Positions 48,120 through 56,871 of a stretch of DNA of 64,000 nt are shown piece after piece (position 1 is the stretch's first letter; every line of letters starts with the position of its first letter). A program made the position numbers and the translations under genes. Under the pieces are notes generated by a model that did not search any database, was not told the origin of the DNA, and saw nothing but the letters and a program-made list of their open reading frames with translations. The DNA lies in NCBI GenBank assembly GCA_965261595.1, contig CBDHDG010000006.1, positions 1,472,001-1,536,000 on the forward strand, in the 5' to 3' direction. This DNA is from a bacterium. GTDB taxonomy: Bacteria; UBA8248; JACPRG01; G963555815.

Positions 48120-50199
48120 CACAGCCAGTCGGGCGGACAGCGCCCTTCCGTGCCGCCGGCGCCGCTGTCCTCGGGTTCATCCGGATCGGCTGCGGGGTCT
48201 TCCCGTTGCCCGGAAAGGACGGAATCCCGGCCGCCGGAACCGGCAGCCGGGACCTCGGGCATTTCCGCGCCTTCCGCTTCGACCGCGCGGCATTCGGCCG
48301 GGGCCGGCTCGAGACCGAGCTCGGGTTGATCGCCGCGCCCGTATCGTTATGCTCGCTTTCGTTCCCGGCATTGCCCGGCGCCGGGACCTCGGTGTCGCGC
48401 CCGCTTCCGGAATCGGCCGCGGTCACATCGGAGACCCAACCGCCTTGCTCCGAAGGCCCTTCCTCCCTGGGCACGAAGCGCTCGGCCGCCTTGGGCCTCT
48501 TGACGTAGTCGAGCTTGATCCGGGCCACGGGCCAGGGTCCCGGGAACTTCAGATACCCCTGCAGGTTCTCGAGCCGCATGATCTCCGACGGCAGGGCCAG
48601 GGAACGCATCTCACGCCGCTGGGTCAGCGACACCCCGTCCCGCAGCACGCTCGCCCCGTAGCTCATGCCGTGGGCGTATTCCTCGACCTCGCCCCGCCCC
48701 AGGCTCTCGGCCGACCATCGGGCCGTCTCCTGGTCGGGTGCGGCCAGGACCACACGGGTCCCGCACAGCCCGGATATCGTCTCCGCCCCGTTCTTTCCGT
48801 AGAGGTCGCGCAGGGCCGAGATCACCTGGATCCCGAGCACGAAGCACCCGCCGAACTGGCGGGACTCGGCCAGCCCCGGCTGGAGGCTCGGCACCTGGTG
48901 GAGGGTGGGCAGCTCGTCCAGGACCACCCAGACCCTACGCGCATCGTCCTGATGGAGCGAGAGGAGCGCGTTGACCGCGATCTCGAGCCAGGTGGAGATG
49001 AGCCCTCTCAGGCTCGCGTGCTGGTCCCCCCGGGAGGTCAGGAACAGGAACCCGGTCCCGTCCTCTTGGCCCACCCAGTCCCGGATCGAGAAGGGCTCTC
49101 CCGTATCGGGCAGGAACTCGAGCGCTCCCAGGTGTGCGGTCAGCATGGCCCGGACGGAGAGGGCGGTCTTGGGGTTTTCGGGGTCCACGATGGACTGGGC
49201 CACCGTGCCCTCCATGGCCCGGGCCAGGGCCGTCAGGTCGGTCTTGAGCAGGTGGTCGACCAGCACCCGGTTCTCGGTCACCCCCTGCTTCCAGAGCACG
49301 CCCGCGCCGTTGGAGAACAGCTGCCTGGCGGCCGTGACCCAGAACGGGTCCACCGTGTCCTTCTGCTGGGGGATGAGGGCGGCGGCCATCATGTCGAAGT
49401 CCCGGGGGGTCTGGGCCTCGAAGAAGGGGGACCAGCGGGGCGCCCGGGCATCGAGGGGGTTCATGAGCACGTCCCGGGCGGGATCGAAGAAGGAGCGGGT
49501 ATAGCTTCCCATCTTGTCGTAGAGGATGCAGCGCTCGCCCCGGGCGCGGAGCCGGGCAACGAGGTCGGAGATCAGGACGGTCTTGCCCGAGCCGGTGGTG
49601 CCGGAGACGATGGTGTGCTGGGTCTCGGCGCGCCTGGGCCAGGGGATCCCGGCGATGCGGCAGGAGGCTCGGCGCGCGGCGGGGAACAGGGCCTCGGCCA
49701 GGCGCGCGGACACGGGCTGCACGCGCCTTCTCAGCTCCCGGGCCGTCGTCATTTCCGCGCCGCGGACCCGTTGGGCACGGTCCAGGCGCCTTCCCAGGAC
49801 CGAGAACAGGACCGTACAGAGGACCGCGCCCCCCACTCCGATCCAGAGGCCGAGCCACGCCCTGGCGTAGACGGTATGGAGCATGCGTTTCCGGATCCTT
49901 TCGATCCTGGGGTCCTGGGCGATATCCACGATTCTCAGGGCCGTTTTTTGGCCCTCTCGCCACTCGTACGCCTGGAGGGAATGACGTGGATACCCGAGCC
50001 CGAGCTTGACCTGGGCGAGGGTGCCCGTTCCGACGAGGCGCCATTCATGGGCGGTCGTGGTGCGGAACAAGGCAACGGCCGGGACCAGGACGACGGTCAG
50101 GGCGATGCCCAAAAGCCCCCAGCGGACCAGCTGGCCCCACATATGGACGTCGTGGGCCAGGGTCTGGCCGCCCCTGAGCGTTGCGTTGCCGAACATCAT
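48119..50199 (-). CDS. Type IV coupling protein TrwB/TraD; probable frameshift in low-complexity tail
   Basis: RGGQ N-terminus, two TMs, GTTGSGKT, DPFW, LDELPTL, ESRQFGG, PSEIMRL; natural stop probably the TGA 48119-48121 overlapping the trwC ATG. Confidence 0.9.
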
Positions 50200-50365
50200 C
50201 GGGTCCTCCCGTTCAAGGTTGTGTGGATAGCGGCGGTCTTGGCGCCGTTCCGTTGCAATGCGCCGGGCGGGAGGCCGAGGAAGGCGGGGTCAAGGGCGCG
50301 GGCCGCCGGGACCGGAGAGGCTGGCGCCCGAGACGCCTTGAACCGCAACCCCGGAGGAACGACCC

Positions 50366-50734
50366 GTGTCCAATCCATCCGACCCATCCAACGGCTGGCG
50401 CGCCCGCGCCTTCGTCCTCGGCGGGCTCGCCCTCGCCCTCGCCGTCACCGTCTTTTCCGTGGCCACCGGGACCAATGTCCGCTTCCTGGGGGGCATCTGG
50501 TTCTGGGCAATGATCTGGACCGTCCTTGCCGCCCTCGCGTGCGCCCTGTGGCGGGGGCTCCGCCACGGGGAGTGGTCCGCCTTCGGCCGCTGCGAGCTCC
50601 CGGAAGAGGGCGGCGATCGGTTCGACTGGTCGACCAAAACCGGCCGCGACGCCTGGCTCCGCGATTTCGAGGACCGGGATCTGAACGACGACGAGCACCT
50701 TCGCGGTTATGGCCCGAGCACCCGGTCCCCGTAG
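50366..50734 (+). CDS. Small hypothetical membrane protein
   Basis: GGAGG RBS, GTG start, two TM segments and an acidic tail. Confidence 0.55.
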   Translation: MSNPSDPSNGWRARAFVLGGLALALAVTVFSVATGTNVRFLGGIWFWAMIWTVLAALACALWRGLRHGEWSAFGRCELPEEGGDRFDWSTKTGRDAWLRDFEDRDLNDDEHLRGYGPSTRSP

Positions 50735-50942
50735 AAGGGACCGGCGCGGGCGCTCGTCCAGGGGCATGTCGAGTGGGCGCCGGGCGTTGTCATGGGAAGG
50801 AAGATAAGGGGAAGGTTCATGCTTGCCCACAGGTATCGATAGTGCATGACCTACACTTGGTTGACATTCCCGAGCACATCCGCGATGGGATGCGCGGGGG
50901 TGCGGCAAAAAACCGGAGACACGCCAAGTGGAAGGGATAAGG

Positions 50943-51155
50943 ATGAGTTCAGAGGGAAAGACGGACGGAGGAGAGGCGATCAGGCGCGACCCGGTCCGGC
51001 TCAGGCTGCTCTCCGCCAACCTGGACTACGCCCCCTATACGTGCCTTGTCCAGGACGTACACATCCTCGGCAAGGTGTTGTGGGTGGTCAGAAAGGTGTG
51101 GCCAATTAACGGCCTTAAGGCCGTGAAGACGTATTCGCCATTACATAGGGATTGA
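50943..51155 (+). pseudogene. C-terminal fragment of S24 (LexA/CI-like) peptidase-domain repressor
   Basis: RLRLLSANLDYAPY...VHILGKVLW. Confidence 0.55.
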
Positions 51156-51190
51156 CGGGGAACCCTTGCGTCTGCGTCGGGTGTAAAGAA
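51150..51190 (+). other. Candidate MOBF oriT nic site (CTGCGTCGGGTGT^AAAG; nick 51184/51185)
   Basis: Matches the TGCGT-N3-GT(G/C)T core of MOBF nic sites; about 1 kb upstream of trwB in the expected orientation; perfect palindrome ACGGCCTTAAGGCCGT at 51109-51124. Confidence 0.5.
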
Positions 51191-51599
51191 GCAGGGCTGA
51201 TCCGGTCGTTTCGGAATCGGGATGGACTGAAACCTTCACGAAAGGGATCTATAATATGAATGGTTCAGACGATACAAAAGAACATTCGGGTCATGCCCGG
51301 GCAATAGAAACGGAGCGAGAAAACGGCGGAGGAGCGGGTATTTCGCCAACCAACTCGTGGTCGAGCCCGCGATGGAGGCCTTAGAACGCAGAGAATGTCC
51401 CGCCCGCATGCGCGCTTTGGGGTGGAGGCGCGCTCGCGCGTGGAGGTGGGGCCCTTGGCCTCCGCTCCCGAGAGGCTCGAACCCGGCGTATCGGCAGCGC
51501 TTCGCTGCGCCGTCCAGACGCCCGAGTTCTGGCCGCTAGCGCACCCGAGCCGCTTCGTACGACCGAGTCCGGCGCTCGAGAAGTTCGTGGCGACGCACG

Positions 51600-51895
51600 A
51601 CATCGGGTTGGGGGACGTCCCGGTAGAGATCAAGAGAAGCTGTCATCGCGATCTTTGGAGCGCGATCAAGAAACAGTTGATCGCCAAGTACACCCGGGAC
51701 CCTGGTACGGACGGTTATGGAATCTATCTGGTATTCTGGTTCAGAGAGACGGAACGTTGCCGGCCAACGCCGGGGGAGGGAGTGCCGCCGAAGTGCGCCA
51801 CCGACATCGAAAAGCGTCTGCGCGACGCGCTCTCCGCCGCCGAGAGACTCAAGATTTCGATTTGCGTAATTGATGTCTCTGAGCCTTCAAGATGA
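51600..51895 (+). pseudogene. C-terminal nuclease-like fragment of a large defence-type protein
   Basis: VPVEIKR..HRDLWSAI..QL..KYTRDP...GYGIYLVFWF; no credible N-terminus. Confidence 0.5.
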
Positions 51896-52828
51896 GTCAT
51901 CATCGGGCTGGATCCCCGGGAGGCGGCGCGGGCGGAAAAGCGCCTGTTTCTCCTATCCCGACTTGGGCGGCGAACCGGAGGAGAGCCGCCACGTCGCCCT
52001 CTCTCCCTATTTATTCGACGCGGGCGGCCTCGCCGATCCGCATCTGACGGTGCGGGAAACCTCCAGACCGATGAATGGTTTACCGAAACTGATTATCGGG
52101 TCCAAACCCATTGATGGCGGCCACTACATATTTACGGCCCAGGAACGGGACGCTTTTCTCACCCTGGAGCCGGACGCCGCCCCTTTCCTGCGCCCCTATA
52201 TCGGTGCGCGCGAATATCTGCAAGGCGGCGGACGATGGATTCTCGCCCTGCACGACGCATCACCTGCGACGCTGGCGCGGTTGCCGTGCGTGCGGGAGCG
52301 CATCGCCGCCGTCCGCGTCTATCGGCAAGCCAGCAAAAGCGCGCCAACGCAAAAACTGGCGGAAACGCCGACGCTCTATCACGTGAACGTCATCCCAACC
52401 GCGCCGTTTTTGGTCGTCCCGGAGGTAAGCTCCGAGCGGCGAGAGTATGCGCCTATCGGCTGACTGGAGCCGCCCGTTATCCCGAGCAATCTTGTCCGTG
52501 TCCTCGAAAACACCAGCCTCGTCGATTTTACGCTGCTCACCTCAGCCATGCACATGGCGTGGCTGCGCTACATCGGCGGGCGGCTCAAGAGCGACTACCG
52601 CTATTCTATCGGCCTCGTCTACAACACTTATCCTCTGCCGCCGGGGGAGGGCGACCTCTCGAAACTGGAACCACTCGCCCAGGCCGTCCTGGACGCCCGC
52701 GCCGCGCATCCCGAAGCAACGCCGGCCGATCTCTACGACCCCGATCTCATGCCGCCAGATCTCCCCCGCGCCCACCAAGCCCTCGACCGCGCCGTGGATC
52801 GCCTCTATCGCCGGGGTGGCTTCGCTTC
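51896..52828 (+). pseudogene. MmeI-like Type IIL restriction-modification enzyme, C-terminal (TRD) fragment
   Basis: IGSKPIDGG, RPYIGARE, VSSERREYAPIG, SAMHMAW, GGRLKSDYRYS..VYNTYP, LYDPDLMPP; has a frameshift, an internal TGA at 52461 and an IS insertion. Confidence 0.88.
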
Positions 52829-52931
52829 GGGAATTATGTAGGAAAGTGCCGAAGTCCCCTTAATCGTAGTTGACATCCTCGAATTTATGGATTACTTTTC
52901 AAACAGGTAATCTTACCAATGAGGGGTGGAA

Positions 52932-53135
52932 ATGGAAGCCATTATAGACCTAGCCGGACTTGGCATAACCTTCGGAATGTGGATGACCGGGCTTTGGGGC
53001 CTCGTCCGCATGGACCGAAAGGCCGAGAAGCGTTACAAATATTGGGACGAGCAGAGCGAGAAATCCGACATCATCATGGAGGGACTCAGGGAAGCAATTG
53101 AGGAACTGAAATCCGTCAGAGAAAAAACCGCTTGA
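52932..53135 (+). CDS. Small membrane/coiled-coil protein inside IS1595
   Basis: Promoter TTGACA-17-TACTTT (52870-52898), GAGGGG RBS, N-terminal TM and charged helical tail. Confidence 0.6.
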   Translation: MEAIIDLAGLGITFGMWMTGLWGLVRMDRKAEKRYKYWDEQSEKSDIIMEGLREAIEELKSVREKTA

Positions 53136-53164
53136 CAATTTCGGCACTCTGTTGTATATTCTCC
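53132..53164 (+). promoter_or_regulatory. Transposase promoter TTGACA-17-TATATT containing a degenerate internal IR copy
   Basis: -35 at 53132-53137 and -10 at 53155-53160; 53139-53164 matches the right IR at 18/26 positions. Confidence 0.7.
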
Positions 53165-53184
53165 GCATGATAAGGAGGATATAC

Positions 53185-54162
53185 ATGAGGAAGAAAGGCC
53201 CAGGAAAATCCTACCGCAAGGGCATCCCGCTTACCGAGATTTTGAAACGATTCCCGGATGACAAAATGACGGAAGTCTGGTTCACCAAGAAACGTTGGCC
53301 GAATGGCATTGCTTGCCCGCGTTGCGGCTCATTGAATGTCAAGACCGGGGCGGCACACAAGACCATGCCGTATCGTTGCCGGGAAAAGGAATGCGCCAAG
53401 CGGTTCAGCCCGAAGACCGGAACGGTCATGGAAGGCTCGAAGATCGGGATGCAGAAGTGGATGATTGCTACGTATCTCCTTTCTACCAGCCTCAAGAGCG
53501 TGTCCAGCATGAAGCTGAGCCGCGACCTCGGAATCAATCAGAGAAGCGCGTGGTTCATGGCCCATCGGCTCCGCGCGGCCATATCCGTGAAGGACCGCCC
53601 GTATTCCGGCCCGGTGGAAGTGGATGAATCTTACTTCGGCGGGAAATTCCGCAATGCCACGAAAGCCAAGAAGAAGACACTCAAGGGCAGGGGGCCGGTC
53701 GGCAAGACGGCGGTCGTGGGCGCAAAGGACCGGGCAACGAATCGCGTCTCGGCCAAGGTTGTCCCCAATACGAGCAAAGAGACCCTCCACGGATTCGTTG
53801 ACGAACACGCTGACCCGTTGGCCTCCGTGTACACGGACGAGGCGACCGTCTACGAAAGCCTCCCCTTCAATCATTCCAGCGTGAAGCACTCTATCTCGGA
53901 ATACGTGAAGGGCGACGTGCACACCAACGGGATCGAATCTCTTTGGGCGACGATGAAACGCGCTCACAAGGGCACGTTTCACAAAATCTCGCCAAAGCAT
54001 CTGGACCGTTACGTCCAGGAATTCGCCGGACGGCACAACCTCCGGGAACGTGACACCATCGACATGATGACCGGAATTCTGTCCGGGATGGACGGAAAGC
54101 GGCTCAAGTACCGCGAACTCATTGCCGACAATGGACTGAGTTCGATGGCCCGGAGTGCGTGA
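53185..54162 (+). CDS. IS1595-family transposase
   Basis: Zn ribbon CPRC..YRCREKEC, HTH, EVDESY, YTDE, HTNGIESLW, YVQEF..RHN; TAAGGAGG RBS. Confidence 0.95.
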   Translation: MRKKGPGKSYRKGIPLTEILKRFPDDKMTEVWFTKKRWPNGIACPRCGSLNVKTGAAHKTMPYRCREKECAKRFSPKTGTVMEGSKIGMQKWMIATYLLSTSLKSVSSMKLSRDLGINQRSAWFMAHRLRAAISVKDRPYSGPVEVDESYFGGKFRNATKAKKKTLKGRGPVGKTAVVGAKDRATNRVSAKVVPNTSKETLHGFVDEHADPLASVYTDEATVYESLPFNHSSVKHSISEYVKGDVHTNGIESLWATMKRAHKGTFHKISPKHLDRYVQEFAGRHNLRERDTIDMMTGILSGMDGKRLKYRELIADNGLSSMARSA

Positions 54163-54896
54163 AGATGCGTTCGACTGCTGAGCATGAAGCAACGGCGAGA
54201 GAGAAGCGTCGGATGGTGCGGCGAGGAAAACCAACAAACGATCTGATCTTCAGTGCATGCGTCGGGGGAAATGAACACGTATTCCCTCAAATCCTGTCGA
54301 TATATGTCCCCGGGGGAAGCGTTATCGCAGATGTAACGTATGGCGAAGGTGTGTTCTGGCGCAATGTTCCGGATGACCGATATATCCTGCTCAATACGGA
54401 CATTCAAACAGGAACAGACTGTCGGGATTTACCGCATAGCGACGGCGAGATTGATTGCGTGGTTCTAGATCCGCCCTACATGCATACGCCCGGCGGAAGT
54501 GCTCATACGGCCCATTCTGCCTTCGAGCGACATTACCGCAACAACGGGACCGGTAACAAGACGACAAAGAAGTACCACGAAGCGGTTCTGTCCCTGTACG
54601 AAGATGCAGGCATGGAAGCGCGTCGGGTGCTTCGAGACCGTGGAGTCCTGATCGTGAAGTGCCAGGACGAGGTGTGCTCAAATAGACAACGCTTCACCCA
54701 CGTTGAAATCATGCAGGCATACGAACGGATTGGATTCATTGCCGAGGATCTATTTGTTGTTGTGCGTAAAAACCGACCGGGGGTGAGCCGAGCCATTCAG
54801 CAGGTGCATGCCAGAAAAAATCACTCGTACTTTCTTGTATTCTGGAAGCGCGGCGAGGGGCGCGGGGTGTGGGAACGGCTGAATGAATGCCGTTGA
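54159..54896 (+). CDS. Small amino (N6-A/N4-C) DNA methyltransferase
   Basis: Motif I-like ADVTYGEGVFW, DCRDLP, motif IV VLDPPY, RVLRDRGVLIVK; GTGA overlap with tnp. Confidence 0.75.
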   Translation: MKMRSTAEHEATAREKRRMVRRGKPTNDLIFSACVGGNEHVFPQILSIYVPGGSVIADVTYGEGVFWRNVPDDRYILLNTDIQTGTDCRDLPHSDGEIDCVVLDPPYMHTPGGSAHTAHSAFERHYRNNGTGNKTTKKYHEAVLSLYEDAGMEARRVLRDRGVLIVKCQDEVCSNRQRFTHVEIMQAYERIGFIAEDLFVVVRKNRPGVSRAIQQVHARKNHSYFLVFWKRGEGRGVWERLNECR

Positions 54897-55377
54897 ATTA
54901 TTGGTGGCGATCATTCGTGAACATGCGCCGGAAGACATTTGGCAAGACTCGCCGCTGATCGGCTATCGGATGCTCGGAAATACTAATCGGGGGGAGATTG
55001 GAGAGGAATTCGTCCGGCGATACTTGTCAGCACACGATATAAAGATAGGCAACGGTGGCCGAACGTCAAGGACAGATCTTCGGATTGAGGATGCGCGATT
55101 GGAAGTGAAGACCGCCTCCCTCGGGGCGAACGGCACGTTCCAATTCAATCATGTCCGGCTTGATCGTCAGTATGATCATCTTTTGTGTTTGGGGATTTGT
55201 CCGAAGAAGGTTGTGTTCAACACGTGGAGAAAAGGCGAGATCGCGGAGAATCGGGCCGGGAGACTGGTTCGGATGGCGGAAGGCCAGGCAGTCACGTACA
55301 AGCTCACAAAGAGGCTGTCCGAAATGGAAGCAATCGATGGTTTTCCTGGGCGTGTTCGAAGCTGGGAGACCCAATGA
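54883..55377 (+). CDS. PD-(D/E)XK nuclease, putative restriction endonuclease
   Basis: RGEIGEEFV helix, RTDLRI, RLEVKTA, FQFNH; overlaps the MTase stop. Confidence 0.65.
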   Translation: MNAVELLVAIIREHAPEDIWQDSPLIGYRMLGNTNRGEIGEEFVRRYLSAHDIKIGNGGRTSRTDLRIEDARLEVKTASLGANGTFQFNHVRLDRQYDHLLCLGICPKKVVFNTWRKGEIAENRAGRLVRMAEGQAVTYKLTKRLSEMEAIDGFPGRVRSWETQ

Positions 55378-55562
55378 AAAGAGACAGAATCATGACAGAA
55401 AAACCGAAACCTGTAGAGGTGGAAATGGTCGATTCGTTCTACCAGCCCTCAAAGGCAGAGTTGGAGGAGGATCTGCGCGTTGACGTTGGAGTTAATGAAG
55501 CGGTCGATGCTTTGGCTCAGAGTGTGACGATTAGACATATTCCACGCCCGAAGAAGGATTGA
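55374..55562 (+). CDS. Small acidic hypothetical protein inside IS1595 (YQPSKAELEED)
   Basis: ATGA overlap with the nuclease; ends about 50 bp before the right IR. Confidence 0.6.
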   Translation: MKRDRIMTEKPKPVEVEMVDSFYQPSKAELEEDLRVDVGVNEAVDALAQSVTIRHIPRPKKD

Positions 55563-55638
55563 CCCAACAGTTAATAATTTCCGGAACCTATTGAGATTAG
55601 CTATTGACTCCGCTTCGGCACTTTGCTACATAATTCCC

Positions 55639-55749
55639 TTCGCTTCGGAGCGCGAGCGCGTGGAGCATCTGTTCGCCCTGTACGAGAAAATGCGCGCGCC
55701 CCTGGAGGCAGGGGTGAGGAAAAAACCGAGACGGCGGAGGAGCAGGTGA
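55639..55749 (+). pseudogene. 3' end of interrupted MmeI-like gene
   Basis: FASERERVEHLFALYEKM...* continues the frame broken at 52828. Confidence 0.85.
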
Positions 55750-56537
55750 AGGTGAACGATCTCCATGTAGCCGCATTGTTGTACCGCGTCGAGCATGGCG
55801 AATCGGTTTCTTACAAAGAGGCTGAGCCGCTCGTTCGCCATGAGCCCGCCTTTCGTCTGGAAGTCAAAGACAATCAAGCCCGTTTTGAATTGAAAGACCA
55901 TTACGCGGCGGAAGAGGATGCGCTGGAAGCAATTGAAGACTACATTTGCGCTTGGGAGTTCGAAGCTCGCCTTGAGAATGGGCCGGACTCATTTCGATTG
56001 AAATTCCAAAAAGCGGAGATTATAGACCGAAATCCGACGCCCGGTGAGATCCACATACGCGGCGCCTTAACAGGCGAACCCGCCAAACTTTCAGGCAGAC
56101 TCATCCTTGGGTTTCGTAATTATCCTTCACCTCCATCAGCCATCAGAATCGACGCCGATGTTCGGACGATGTTCGATCGATATATGAATTATCGGCGAAG
56201 GGTCGATCGACTTACGGAGGTGGCTAATTTTTGCCTGACCATGCTTGAATACATGACGGAACAAATAAAATGGAACAAAGAATCCAAACGAAAAGCCGCT
56301 TCCCGGTATTTTCAGATCGACATGAAAATTCTTGGGGAAATTGGCCGTCTTTCCTCAACAAGAGGCGGTCCCTCGGGGGCAAGAAAGGCGACTGGCGTCG
56401 CCACGGACCTGACACAGAATGAACGTCATTTTCTCAAAGAGGCGATCAAGAAAATGATTCGCCGCGCGGCTGAGAAGGCTCATCGTCCTGATGCGGATTT
56501 GCCCAAAATCTCATTGACTGATCTGCCGCCGATATGA
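55746..56537 (+). CDS. Hypothetical protein in defence island
   Basis: GTG start overlaps the MmeI stop; 263-aa open frame; lower GC than the core genes. Confidence 0.7.
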   Translation: MKVNDLHVAALLYRVEHGESVSYKEAEPLVRHEPAFRLEVKDNQARFELKDHYAAEEDALEAIEDYICAWEFEARLENGPDSFRLKFQKAEIIDRNPTPGEIHIRGALTGEPAKLSGRLILGFRNYPSPPSAIRIDADVRTMFDRYMNYRRRVDRLTEVANFCLTMLEYMTEQIKWNKESKRKAASRYFQIDMKILGEIGRLSSTRGGPSGARKATGVATDLTQNERHFLKEAIKKMIRRAAEKAHRPDADLPKISLTDLPPI

Positions 56538-56658
56538 GCGATGACGCTCTGACTTTCGCCACAGGTCTGTAACGACGCCCCTTCCGCGTTCAACCGCACG
56601 TTTCGGAATCACTCCCCCCTTGAGGCTCAATCTCGACTGACTAGGGAGGGGTTGGTTC

Positions 56659-56684
56659 GTCATTCCGGCGCAGGCCGGAATCCA
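56659..56684. repeat. GTCATTCCGGCGCAGGCCGGAATCCA palindromic intergenic element
   Basis: ATTCCGGC/GCCGGAAT stem; resembles the widespread GTCATTCC..GGAATCCA repeat family. Confidence 0.55.
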
Positions 56685-56871
56685 TTTTTCTTCGGTCGTC
56701 CACAAGGGCCACAGATGCGGGATAGCGGCAGGGAAGGCCAGGCATGGCGGGAGTGAAAGGATTCGGCTGCTCTCAATGTGCTTGACGGAATCCGGTGCTT
56801 TTCAGATATGGTAGCAAGATTTTGATGAATGCTGTTTTGCAGGCACATAGAAATAATCAAGCAGAGGCACG

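Larger units (their letters stand above)
52829..55638 (+). mobile_element. IS1595-family transposon with passenger genes (2,810 bp)
   Basis: 26-bp IRs GGGAATTATGTAG(G/C)AAAGTGCCGAAG (one mismatch) at 52829-52854 and 55613-55638; 8-bp TSD TTCGCTTC at 52821-52828 and 55639-55646; the interrupted MmeI frame resumes after the right TSD. Confidence 0.95.

Noticed and set aside
47779..48122. Real 340-bp overlap of the coupling-protein ORF with trwC
   Set aside because: Better explained by a frameshift in the low-complexity tail; a TGATG stop/start junction exists at 48117-48121
52461..52463. In-frame TGA in the MmeI-like gene as selenocysteine
   Set aside because: It is not at a Cys/redox position (PIG-x-LEPP, most simply TGG>TGA), and the gene is already truncated, frameshifted and IS-interrupted
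55604..55634. Outward-facing promoter in the IS1595 right end
   Set aside because: TTGACT is present, but the best -10 (CATAAT) is 19 bp away; too weak to call
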